From: Candidatus Eiseniibacteriota bacterium
GTDB lineage: Bacteria; Chloroflexota; Limnocylindria; Limnocylindrales; CSP1-4
Reading direction: 5' to 3'
Assembly (NCBI GenBank): GCA_035633135.1
Contig: DASQFM010000189.1
Span: forward strand, 1 to 38,050
DNA length: 38,050 bases
How positions within the stretch are numbered: position 1 is the stretch's first letter; each line of letters begins with the position of its first letter. Under the pieces are notes generated by a model. The model saw only the letters and a program-made list of their open reading frames with translations, made no database searches and was not told the DNA's origin. Of this stretch, positions 25,334 to 33,823 are shown one piece after another. A program made the translations under genes and the position numbers.

Positions 25334-26370
25334 CCACGGGCAACGGCAACGGCGCCGGGGCGATCGAGCTGCCGCAGTTGACGCGGAAGGACTTCGTGTC
25401 CGACCAGGAGGTCCGCTGGTGCCCCGGCTGCGGGGACTACTCGATCCTCGCCCAGACCCAGAAGGTGATGCCCGACTTCGGCTACCCGAAAGAGAACATC
25501 GTCTTCATCTCCGGCATCGGCTGCGCGGGCCGGTTGCCGTACTACATGAACACCTTCGGCTTCCACACGATCCACGGGCGCGCGCCGGCCATCGCCACGG
25601 GCCTCAAGGCCGCCCGCCCGGACCTGATGGTCTGGGTCATCACCGGCGACGGCGACGCCCTGTCGATCGGTGGCAACCACCTGATCCACACGCTGCGCCG
25701 CAACGTCGATATCCGGATCATCATGTTCAACAACCGGATCTACGGGCTCACCAAGGGCCAGGCCAGCCCGACGTCGGAGCTCGGCAAGGTCACCAAGTCG
25801 TCGCCGTTCGGGACGATCGACTTCCCGATCAGTCCGCTGGCCATCGCCCTGGCGGCGGAGTCGAGCTTCATCGCCCGATCGGTCGACACCCACACCGAGC
25901 ACATGCAGCGGACGCTCGAACGAGCCGGCACGCACAAGGGCGCGGCGTTCGTCGAGGTCCTCCAGAACTGCAACATCTTCAATGACGGCGCCCATCGCGA
26001 GTTCACCGACCGCGAGGTTCGCGACGACCGGACGCTCGTTCTTGAGCACGGCAAGCCGATGATCTTCGGCAAGGATCACGACAAGGGCATCCGGCTCAGC
26101 GGGCACCAGCCGGAGATCGTGACGATCGGCAAGGACGGCATCACCGAAGCGGACATCCTGGTCCACGACGAGACGGACCCGCTGATCTCCTTCATGCTCG
26201 CCCACATCTACTGGCCCGAGTTCCCGGTGCCGGTCGGGGTCATTCGGGACATCGCCCGGCCGACCCACGACCAGATGCTCAACGACCAGATCTCCCAGGC
26301 GGTGGCGGCGCGCGGCAAGGGCAACCTGTCGAAGCTGCTCGCGGCCGGCGAGACCTGGACGGTCGAGTGA
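25330..26370 (+). CDS. korB: 2-oxoacid:ferredoxin oxidoreductase subunit beta (TPP-binding)
   Basis: It shares an ATGA overlap with korA. 'WCPGCGDYSIL', 'SGIGCAGR' and the TPP motif 'GDGDALSIGGNHLIHTLRRN' are present. Confidence 0.9.
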   Translation: MTTGNGNGAGAIELPQLTRKDFVSDQEVRWCPGCGDYSILAQTQKVMPDFGYPKENIVFISGIGCAGRLPYYMNTFGFHTIHGRAPAIATGLKAARPDLMVWVITGDGDALSIGGNHLIHTLRRNVDIRIIMFNNRIYGLTKGQASPTSELGKVTKSSPFGTIDFPISPLAIALAAESSFIARSVDTHTEHMQRTLERAGTHKGAAFVEVLQNCNIFNDGAHREFTDREVRDDRTLVLEHGKPMIFGKDHDKGIRLSGHQPEIVTIGKDGITEADILVHDETDPLISFMLAHIYWPEFPVPVGVIRDIARPTHDQMLNDQISQAVAARGKGNLSKLLAAGETWTVE

Positions 26371-26505
26371 GGGCACGGTGATCCGGCCCCATCGCGGCGT
26401 TGGCCGCTCCGGGCGGTCGCTCACGCACCCAACAGGTGCGCTCGCGACGCGTCCTCGCGGCCGCCTTGCGCTGGGACCGTCTGACCGCGCCCAAGGCTGA
26501 CCGCC

Positions 26506-27006
26506 ATGCTCTGTCCGGTTTGTGGGTGGCAGAACTTCCTCGGCGAGGAATCCTGCGAGAACTGCGGCGCAGACCTGCGCAACGCAGACATCCCGGAGCC
26601 GGCGACGAGCTTCCATGGGCGGCTGCTCGGGGCGCACCTCGATGAGCTCGGCGCGCCGGCCCCGGAGCTCGTCGATATCGACGCGCGGGCCGATGAGACG
26701 GTCGCCCGGATGCGCCATGACGGCGTCGACTGCCTGCTGGTGATGGAGAATGGGAAGCTGGCGGGCATCTTCACCGACCGCGACGCGATCCTGAAGATGA
26801 CCGGTGGCCACGAGGATCCGCGGCCGGTGCGGGAGCTGATGACGCGCGATCCGGTGATCCTGCGGCGCGACGACCCGATCGCGGTCGCGATCAACAAGAT
26901 GGCGGTCGGCGGCTTCCGCCACGTGCCCATCGCCGACCGCGGCATCCCGACGGCGGTCGTCTCGGCCCGCGACGTCTTCCGCCACATCTCGAGCCGGCTC
27001 GGCTGA
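26506..27006 (+). CDS. Zinc-ribbon + CBS-pair protein
   Basis: The N-terminal 'CPVCGWQN...CENCG' is a four-Cys ribbon. Two CBS units follow ('KLAGIFTDRDAILKM' and 'TAVVSARDVFRHI'). Confidence 0.8.
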   Translation: MLCPVCGWQNFLGEESCENCGADLRNADIPEPATSFHGRLLGAHLDELGAPAPELVDIDARADETVARMRHDGVDCLLVMENGKLAGIFTDRDAILKMTGGHEDPRPVRELMTRDPVILRRDDPIAVAINKMAVGGFRHVPIADRGIPTAVVSARDVFRHISSRLG

Positions 27007-27023
27007 CGGTCCTGTCGCAGGTC

Positions 27024-27302
27024 GTGGAGGGCGAGAGTCGCTGGGCCTGCCCGGCCTGTGGCGCCCGGCGCCTGGCGCTGGAGGAGCTGCCGAACGTCGG
27101 CGCCCTCGGCGCGCAGCCCCTGAGCGATCTCATCGGGATGGGCGACCCGATCGACCGACCCCCGCCCGGCATCGTCTGCCTGAACTGCGGGCGCCAGTGG
27201 CCGAACCCCGAGGCGGTCTGGGCCGAGGCGGATGGGGCGCCGCCGGCCGAGGCTACCGAGGCCGACCCTGGCGACCCGGGCATGCCGGACGAATCCCGGT
27301 GA
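27024..27302 (+). CDS. Small zinc-ribbon protein, unknown function
   Basis: It starts at a GTG. 'CPACG' and 'CLNCG' form a four-Cys ribbon, and the C-terminal tail is acidic. The stop overlaps the next GTG (GTGA). Confidence 0.5.
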   Translation: MEGESRWACPACGARRLALEELPNVGALGAQPLSDLIGMGDPIDRPPPGIVCLNCGRQWPNPEAVWAEADGAPPAEATEADPGDPGMPDESR

Positions 27303-27730
27303 CGGAGCAGCGCGGCGCCCGGGTTGTCGTCCTGGCCGACGACCTCATCTGGCAGACGCGGCTCGCCGCGGTCCTCGAGGCGCTTGGCGCGCAGGTCGAG
27401 CGAGCGCGCACGGTCGCCGACTTCGAGGCCGCAATCGCCGGCGCCGATTTCGCCGTTGTCGATCTGACCGCCCGGAGCTACCTGCCGGTCCCGGCAATCG
27501 CGGCTGCGCACGCGAGCGGACTCCGGGTCCTGGGCGTGGGCCAGCACGACGACGTTGCCCAACGCAAGGAGGCGCTGGCAGCCGGGGCCGAGCGCGTCTT
27601 CGCGTACCGGAAGCTATTCGAGGACGGGCCGGCAACCCTGGGCGCTTGGCTCCAGCGCCGTTCACCGGCCCGCCCCGGCGCTGCGAGCGCACCGGCGAGC
27701 TCACCGGCCCCAACCCCGGCCCCGGAATGA
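27299..27730 (+). CDS. Stand-alone receiver (REC)-like domain protein with Pro/Ala-rich tail
   Basis: 'VVVLADD', 'FAVVDLTA' (candidate acceptor Asp) and 'VFAYRKLF' fit a CheY-like layout. It overlaps both neighbours by 4 nt. The assignment is by eye only. Confidence 0.55.
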   Translation: MTEQRGARVVVLADDLIWQTRLAAVLEALGAQVERARTVADFEAAIAGADFAVVDLTARSYLPVPAIAAAHASGLRVLGVGQHDDVAQRKEALAAGAERVFAYRKLFEDGPATLGAWLQRRSPARPGAASAPASSPAPTPAPE

Positions 27731-28920
27731 CCGTCGCCACCTCGCGCTTACAGGCACCGGCCCGCCCGGTCATCTCGCCCGCTCGCTATGGTGAGCGGCT
27801 GGCTCGCGCCCGCGCGGGCCTAGCCGAGCGGGGGGCCGCCGGTCTCCTCATCGGTGTCGGCGCCGACCTGCGCTACCTGACCGGCTACAACGCGATGACG
27901 ACCGAGCGCCTCACGATGCTGGTGCTCGGGGCGTCTGGGCAGCCCGTGCTGGTCGCGCCGCGGCTCGAGGCGATGGGCGCCGCGGGCTGCCCGGCCGCTG
28001 CCGCGGGGCTGGTGCGCGTCGAAGCGTGGGATGAAACCGACGACCCCTACCGGCTCGTCGCCGGCGACCTGGCGGCCGCCGCCGGAGACGAGCCTCGAGA
28101 TGACCGGCTCCTGGTCAGCGCGACTCTGTGGGCGCTCCACGTCCTCCGGCTCCAGGAGGCGCTTCCCGGCCGAGCCTTCGGCCCGGCAACCGAGGTTCTC
28201 CGGGCGCCTCGGATGCAGAAGGACGCCGAGGAGATCGAGCTGCTGCGGCTGGCGGCGCACGCCGCCGACCGGGTCGTCGCCCAGATCGCGGCCGGGCGGC
28301 TGGTCGGGCGGACGGAGGCAGACGTGGCCCTGGAGGTCCGCGATCGCCTCGTCGCCGAGGGCCATGAGGCCGCGGCGTTCGCGATCGTCGCGTCGGGCCC
28401 CAACTCTGCTTCGCCGCACCACATGGCCGGCGACCGTGTCATCGAACCAGGGGATCCGCTCGTCCTCGACATCGGTGGCACCCTCGGCGGCTACTACTCC
28501 GACATCACCCGCACGCTGTGGGTCACGGGCGGTGACCCGGCGATGGCGCCCGAGGCCGCGTTCCTGCGTATCTTCGACCTGACCCAGCGAGCCCAGGCGG
28601 CGGCCATCGCCGCCGTTCGGCCGAGTGTCGCTTGCGAGCGGCTAGACGAGGTCGCCCGAACGATCATCGCGGAGAGCGGCCACGGCCCCGAGTTCATCCA
28701 CCGGCTTGGCCACGGCATCGGTCTCGAGGGCCACGAGGAGCCGTACCTCGTCGCCGGCAACGGCGAGACGCTGGCGCCGGGCGTGGCGTTCAGCGTCGAG
28801 CCGGGGATCTACCAGGCCGGCCGGTATGGCGTGCGGATCGAGGACATCGTGGTCTGCGGCGACGCGGGTCCTGACGTGCTAAACGAGGCGTCGCGCGACC
28901 TCTGGGTCGTCGCCGGGTAG
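27727..28920 (+). CDS. M24 family metallopeptidase (Xaa-Pro aminopeptidase/dipeptidase-like)
   Basis: A creatinase-like N-domain is followed by metal-ligand motifs 'LVLDIGG..GGYYSDITRT', 'HRLGHGIGLEGHE' and 'AFSVEPGIY..GRYGVRIED'. Confidence 0.85.
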   Translation: MTVATSRLQAPARPVISPARYGERLARARAGLAERGAAGLLIGVGADLRYLTGYNAMTTERLTMLVLGASGQPVLVAPRLEAMGAAGCPAAAAGLVRVEAWDETDDPYRLVAGDLAAAAGDEPRDDRLLVSATLWALHVLRLQEALPGRAFGPATEVLRAPRMQKDAEEIELLRLAAHAADRVVAQIAAGRLVGRTEADVALEVRDRLVAEGHEAAAFAIVASGPNSASPHHMAGDRVIEPGDPLVLDIGGTLGGYYSDITRTLWVTGGDPAMAPEAAFLRIFDLTQRAQAAAIAAVRPSVACERLDEVARTIIAESGHGPEFIHRLGHGIGLEGHEEPYLVAGNGETLAPGVAFSVEPGIYQAGRYGVRIEDIVVCGDAGPDVLNEASRDLWVVAG

Positions 28921-28949
28921 CTCGACGTCGCGACCGTCCGCCAGCTCCT

Positions 28950-29903
28950 GTGTTCGGCTCGGCGGGGCGGCGGTATCATCGCCGGACCGGGCGCCAGCCC
29001 AGGCGAGTCCAGAACAGGCCCGACGATGACCACGACCTTCCAGCGGCGAGCCCTCGCTGCTTCCTCCGGCCGATGAGCCGACGCTGCCACCACGGCTCGC
29101 GCCGCCATGGTCGGCCCATGGGCCCGCCAGCGGGTCCGCGCAGCCTGCGCCCCGGGGTCGCCCCCGAAGAAGGCGATCGACGACCGTCTGATCGGCCGGC
29201 CTTCGAGCAGATGCCCGGCGAGCACTTCGCGGCGCGGCCGATGACGGGGACCGGGCCGGCTGCCCGCGTCGACCCGCTTCTCGCCGCGACCGATCCCGCC
29301 CTGCCACATCGCGCTGGAGACCCGGGCGCGTCGCAGCCGGCCGAGGAGCGGACCCCCGTACCGTGGACTCGCCCGGCAGCGGCGCCGGAGCCGGCGACGC
29401 CGGTCGCGCAGTCGGCGGCGACTGCCGCGCCACCGCTCACCCGTGAGCCCGCGCCGCATCCCGCCGCAAGTGCCGCCCCGCACGCGGAACCAGCCGAGCG
29501 CGGAGCCGCGACCGCGCCGGCCTTTCACCGCGAGCCCGCGTCGCACTCGGAACGGGTGCGGGGCGCCCCGGTCGCGCCGCCCTTCACCCGCGAGCCGGCG
29601 CCGCATCAGGAACCGGTCGAGCGTGGCGCATCGACTGCCCCGCAGCTCCGCCGGTTCATCAAGAGTCGCGCCTACGTGCCGATGCACGAGCTGCGACGAC
29701 GGTTCGGTATCAATGGCAACGACGATGACGTCACGCCGATCGAGCTGGAGCGCGGCCGGATCTTCGTCGGCCTGCCCGGTCCCGAAGGCCGGCTCCTGGG
29801 GGAGCTGTTGCGGTCCGGCGACATCGGCTACGAGCTGTCGATGGATCCGATGAGCCCGATCGTCATCGGCGTCTACCCCATGCGGCCCGTCCCCCGGCCA
29901 TAG
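28950..29903 (+). CDS. Hypothetical protein: basic/Pro-rich region with three 'F(T/H)REPA(P/S)H' repeats and a conserved-looking C-terminal domain of about 85 aa
   Basis: This is the only frame with GC-rich third positions across the interval. The C-terminal part 'LRRFIKSRAYVPMHELRRRFGI...IELERGRIFVGLPGPEGRLLGELLRSGDIGYEL' looks globular, possibly winged-helix-like. The start is uncertain: GTG 28950, ATG 29073, 29211 or 29241, none with a clear SD. Confidence 0.45.
   Translation: MFGSAGRRYHRRTGRQPRRVQNRPDDDHDLPAASPRCFLRPMSRRCHHGSRRHGRPMGPPAGPRSLRPGVAPEEGDRRPSDRPAFEQMPGEHFAARPMTGTGPAARVDPLLAATDPALPHRAGDPGASQPAEERTPVPWTRPAAAPEPATPVAQSAATAAPPLTREPAPHPAASAAPHAEPAERGAATAPAFHREPASHSERVRGAPVAPPFTREPAPHQEPVERGASTAPQLRRFIKSRAYVPMHELRRRFGINGNDDDVTPIELERGRIFVGLPGPEGRLLGELLRSGDIGYELSMDPMSPIVIGVYPMRPVPRP
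29430..29642 (+). repeat. Three imperfect in-frame tandem repeats (90, 60 and 63 nt)
   Basis: The peptide units are 'PPLTREPAPHPAASAAPHAEPAERGAATAP', 'AFHREPASHSERVRGAPVAP' and 'PFTREPAPHQEPVERGASTAP'. Confidence 0.7.
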
Positions 29904-29919
29904 CGACAGACGGACCCCC

Positions 29920-32900
29920 GTGACGACAGACGTCGATCTGCCGAGCGTCGGGAGCGGGCCAAGCGAATCGGAGCTGCTGCGGCCGTACGTCCCGCGGCTG
30001 GTGATCGAGTGGCTGCGCTCGTATCCCGAGAAGAAGCACATCGAGCGGGAGGCGACGCTGCTCTTCGTCGACATCTCGGGGTTCACGGCGCTCACCGAGC
30101 TCCTGGCGAAGCGCGGCAAGATCGGGGCCGAGGTCATGCGCGACACGCTCGATGGCGTGTTCACCGCGCTCCTCGACGAGGCGTACGACTGGGGCGCCGG
30201 ACTCCTCAAGTGGGGCGGCGACGCGCTGCTCCTGTTCTTCGACGGCCCCTTCCATCGCGAGCGCGCCACCCGCGCCGCGTGGGAGCTGCAGCGCACGATC
30301 GATCGGGTGGGGCGCCTCCACCTCTCCGGCAAGACGCTCATCCTCCGCATGTCGGCCGGCATCGGCACGGGAACCTTCAACTTCTTCCTGGTCGGGAGCG
30401 TCCACCGGGAGCTGCTGATCGCGGGGCCGGCGATGACGGACACCCTGGCGATGGAGGTCATCGCCGACGCCGGCGAGGTTGGGCTCAGTCCGAACCTTGC
30501 CGCCCTCCTCGATCCGGCGCTGCTCGGTCCGCGGAAGGAGGAGGCGATCCTGCTCGCCGGCCCGCCATCGGTCGAGCGAGTCCGCGCTCCGGACGTCGGC
30601 GACGTCTCGAAGCTGGACATCGCTGCCTGCATCCCGGTGGCGGCGCGCGCCCACGTGCTGCTCCAGCGGAGCGAGCCCGAGCACCGGACCATCACGGCCG
30701 CGTTCATCGACATGATGGACACCGACCGGCTGCTCGCCGAGCTCGGGCCGGACGGCCTGGCCGAGGGCCTCGAGCAGCGGATGGGCTCGATCGAGCAGGC
30801 GGCCCTCAGTCACGAGGTCCCGTTCTACGAGACCGACGTCGGCAAGTCGAGCGTCAAGGCGCTGTTGACCGCGGGCGCCCCATCGAGCACCGGCCACGAT
30901 GAGGAGCGGATGCTCCGGACGCTGCGCGAGATCATGGAGCAGCCCGGGATCGTGCCGATGCGGATCGGCGTGAACACCGGCAAGGTCTTCACCGGCGACT
31001 TCGGTCCGCGGTACCGGCGCGCGTATCGCGTCTTCGGCGACGCCATCAATACCGCGGCGCGGGTCATGTCGAAGGCCGAGGCCGGCCAGATCCTCTCGAC
31101 CGAGATCGTGCTCGATCGATCGAGGACGCTGTTCGAGACGACGCCGATCGAGCCGTTCAAGGCCAAGGGCAAGGCGGAGCTGGTCAAGGCGTTCATTGTC
31201 GGGCCGGCGGTCGGGACCAGGGAGACAGCGGGCCGCGGCCTGCCGCTGGTGGGCCGCGACGAGGAGCTCCGAGCCGCCCTCGAGGTCGTCGAGCGAGCCC
31301 GGCAGGGCACGGCGGGCGCGGTCGAGATCGTGGGCGATGCAGGTATCGGCAAGACGCGGCTGCTCGACGAGATCCTCGAGCGCGCGCCCGAATTCCGGGT
31401 CTTCGCCAGCCGCTGCGAGGAGTACGAGCGATCGACCGCCTACTTCCCACTCCGCGCGATCTTCCGGGAGCTGCTCGCCCTCGATACGAGCGCCGACGCC
31501 GCGACGTCGGGCGACCGGCTGGGACGGGTCGTGGCGGAGCTCGACCCGAGCCTCAGCCCGTGGCTGCCGCTGCTGGGCTTGCTGCTCGGATTCGACCTGC
31601 CGCCCACGCCCGAGACCGTGGCGCTCGAGCAGCGGTTCCTGCGCGAGCGCCTGGCGGAGGTGGCGACGCACCTTCTCGCGATCCTGCTCGTCGACAAGCC
31701 TGCGATCTTCGCGATCGAGGACGCCCACCACATGGACGAGGCGTCGGGCGACCTGCTGGCACGCCTTCGACACACGCCGGCCGTGGCTCGCCAGCTGCTG
31801 CTCCTCACGAGTGAGGCCGGGCCGGTCCTGTCGGACCCCGATGAGGACGAGGCCGACAGGCCCGTCCTGCTGTCGCTGCTCCCGCTGGGGCCGGAGCCCC
31901 TCGGCGAGATCGTCAACCTCGCCACCGAGGACGCGCCCCTGCACGCGCATGACGTGGAGGCGATCGCCGACCGCTCCGGCGGCAACCCGCTGTTCCTGTT
32001 CGAGCTCCTCGACACCGTGCGATCCACGGGGACCGTCGCGGCGTTGCCCGCCTCGGTGGAAGCCCTGATCGCCGGCGAGATCGATCGGCTCGCACCGACC
32101 GATCGAACCATCGTCCGCTACGCCGCGGTCCTGGGCTCGAGCTTCGACCCGGACCTGCTCGCCGATGCGGTCCGCGACGACGTCGACCTCGACGACGAGA
32201 CGTGGGACCGGCTCGGCGCCCTGCTCCAGCGCGACCCGTCGGGGTCATTCCGGTTCCGGAGCACGCTCATGCGCGACACCGCGTATGAGGGCCTGCCGTA
32301 CCGACGCCGGCGGGCGCTGCATGGGCGAGTCGCGGAGACGATCGAGCTTCGGGCGGGTGGCGAGATCGACGACGAGCTCGCCGTCCTGGCCCTTCACTTC
32401 CACGAAGCGCAGCGCTGGGACAAGTCGTGGGAGTACAACCGTCGAGCCGGCGAGCGAGCGATCGCCATCTACGCCAACGTCGATGCCACCCGGTTCTACG
32501 GCAACGCGCTGGCCGCCGGACGGCGCCTTCGGAGCGTGTCGCGGACCGAGCTGGCCAGCCTGTACGAGCAATCGAGCGACGCTCTCTACCGCCTCGGCGA
32601 GTTCAAGGCGGCCGATCACGCGTTGCGGGCTGCGCGCCGGCTCGTCGAGGGCGATCCGGCGCGATCCGGCCAGCTCGTCGTGAAGCAGGCCATGCTGTCA
32701 GCCCGGACGGGGCGGCTCTCCGAGGCACTCGTGCGCCTCTCCCGGGCGCTTCGGCGGCTGGAAGGCAAGCGTGGCACGAACATCACGCCGGCCCTGGCCA
32801 AGCTCACGGTCACCTACGCCGGCGTTCGATTCCTGCAGAGCCGGCTTACGGAGAGCATCGCGTATGCCCATGAGGCCATCCGGCTGACGAAGCAGGTGCA

Positions 32901-33789
32901 GGCGCGCGACGTGCTCGCCCAGTCATATCAGCTGCTCGACATGGCGCTCACGGGCAACGGCGAGATCGACAAAGCGCGGTACGGCGCCCTCGCGCTGGCG
33001 ATCTTCGAGGAGCTCGGCGACGTCCGGAACCAGGCCTCGACGCTCAACAACCTCGGGCTGATCGCCCACGCCCGCTCGGAGTGGGACGAATCGCGGCGGC
33101 TCTACGAACGGTCGATCGAGCTCTTCGCGGCGATCGGCGATCGCGAGAAGGTGAGCCTCAGCAAGTTCAATGTCGCCGAGATCCTGCGGGACCAGGGCCA
33201 CTTCGACGAGGCTGAAGCGTTGCTCCGGGACGCGATCCGAACGTGGCGGGCGTCGGGTGCCGGGCTCGACGTCGCGTCGGCGAACGCGGAGCTCGGAATC
33301 CTGCGGGCCCGGCGGGGTGAGTTCGCTGTCGCCACGGAGCACCTGCGGTCCGCCCGTGAGGAGCTCGATCGTGGCGGCGCCCACGGCGAGGTCCTGACCA
33401 CCGACGTGAAGATCGCCGAGCTGCACGTGCTCGCCGGCGAGACCGAGGACGCGCTGCGAGTCGTGGTGTCGACGATCGCAACGGCTCGAACGGCCGAGGG
33501 CGGCGCCGCCCTGCTGCCGGCGCTGACTCGGCTTCGCGGGCTCGCCCTCGCCCAGGCGGGGAAGCGCGATGAAGCAAAGGCGGTGCTGGAGGAAGCGCTC
33601 ACAGCCGCTCGCGGCCGCGGCGACCTGTACCAGGCGGCCCTGGTGCTCGATGCCCTGCTCGCCCTCGAGCTGTCCGACGGACGCCGACCAGCCGCTGAGC
33701 TCGATGATGAGCGCCGGCGGCTGTTCGACAAGCTGCAGATCGTCGCGGTCCCGCAGGCCCGGCTGACGCCGGCCCCGCCGAGCTCCTAG
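29920..33789 (+). CDS. Tandem class III cyclase-homology domains - STAND/AAA ATPase - TPR signalling protein
   Basis: CHD1 covers residues about 45-195 ('LLFVDISGFT', 'WGGDALLLFF'). CHD2 covers about 255-428 ('AAFIDMMDT', 'RIGVNTGKVFTGDFG', 'FGDAINTAARV'). The P-loop is 'GDAGIGKTRL' and Walker B is 'AIFAIEDAHHMD'. The C-terminal third is TPR-like ('ASTLNNLGLIAHARSEWDESRRLYERSIELF'). Confidence 0.85.
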   Translation: MTTDVDLPSVGSGPSESELLRPYVPRLVIEWLRSYPEKKHIEREATLLFVDISGFTALTELLAKRGKIGAEVMRDTLDGVFTALLDEAYDWGAGLLKWGGDALLLFFDGPFHRERATRAAWELQRTIDRVGRLHLSGKTLILRMSAGIGTGTFNFFLVGSVHRELLIAGPAMTDTLAMEVIADAGEVGLSPNLAALLDPALLGPRKEEAILLAGPPSVERVRAPDVGDVSKLDIAACIPVAARAHVLLQRSEPEHRTITAAFIDMMDTDRLLAELGPDGLAEGLEQRMGSIEQAALSHEVPFYETDVGKSSVKALLTAGAPSSTGHDEERMLRTLREIMEQPGIVPMRIGVNTGKVFTGDFGPRYRRAYRVFGDAINTAARVMSKAEAGQILSTEIVLDRSRTLFETTPIEPFKAKGKAELVKAFIVGPAVGTRETAGRGLPLVGRDEELRAALEVVERARQGTAGAVEIVGDAGIGKTRLLDEILERAPEFRVFASRCEEYERSTAYFPLRAIFRELLALDTSADAATSGDRLGRVVAELDPSLSPWLPLLGLLLGFDLPPTPETVALEQRFLRERLAEVATHLLAILLVDKPAIFAIEDAHHMDEASGDLLARLRHTPAVARQLLLLTSEAGPVLSDPDEDEADRPVLLSLLPLGPEPLGEIVNLATEDAPLHAHDVEAIADRSGGNPLFLFELLDTVRSTGTVAALPASVEALIAGEIDRLAPTDRTIVRYAAVLGSSFDPDLLADAVRDDVDLDDETWDRLGALLQRDPSGSFRFRSTLMRDTAYEGLPYRRRRALHGRVAETIELRAGGEIDDELAVLALHFHEAQRWDKSWEYNRRAGERAIAIYANVDATRFYGNALAAGRRLRSVSRTELASLYEQSSDALYRLGEFKAADHALRAARRLVEGDPARSGQLVVKQAMLSARTGRLSEALVRLSRALRRLEGKRGTNITPALAKLTVTYAGVRFLQSRLTESIAYAHEAIRLTKQVQARDVLAQSYQLLDMALTGNGEIDKARYGALALAIFEELGDVRNQASTLNNLGLIAHARSEWDESRRLYERSIELFAAIGDREKVSLSKFNVAEILRDQGHFDEAEALLRDAIRTWRASGAGLDVASANAELGILRARRGEFAVATEHLRSAREELDRGGAHGEVLTTDVKIAELHVLAGETEDALRVVVSTIATARTAEGGAALLPALTRLRGLALAQAGKRDEAKAVLEEALTAARGRGDLYQAALVLDALLALELSDGRRPAAELDDERRRLFDKLQIVAVPQARLTPAPPSS

Positions 33790-33823
33790 CTCCGCAACAC
33801 GACCTTCGTCGCGGTCAGGACTC

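Noticed and set aside
26371-26505. Structured RNA or terminator in the 135-nt gap after korB.
   Set aside because: I found only weak 6-bp stems containing G-U pairs and no T-tract. There is nothing resembling a riboswitch class I know.
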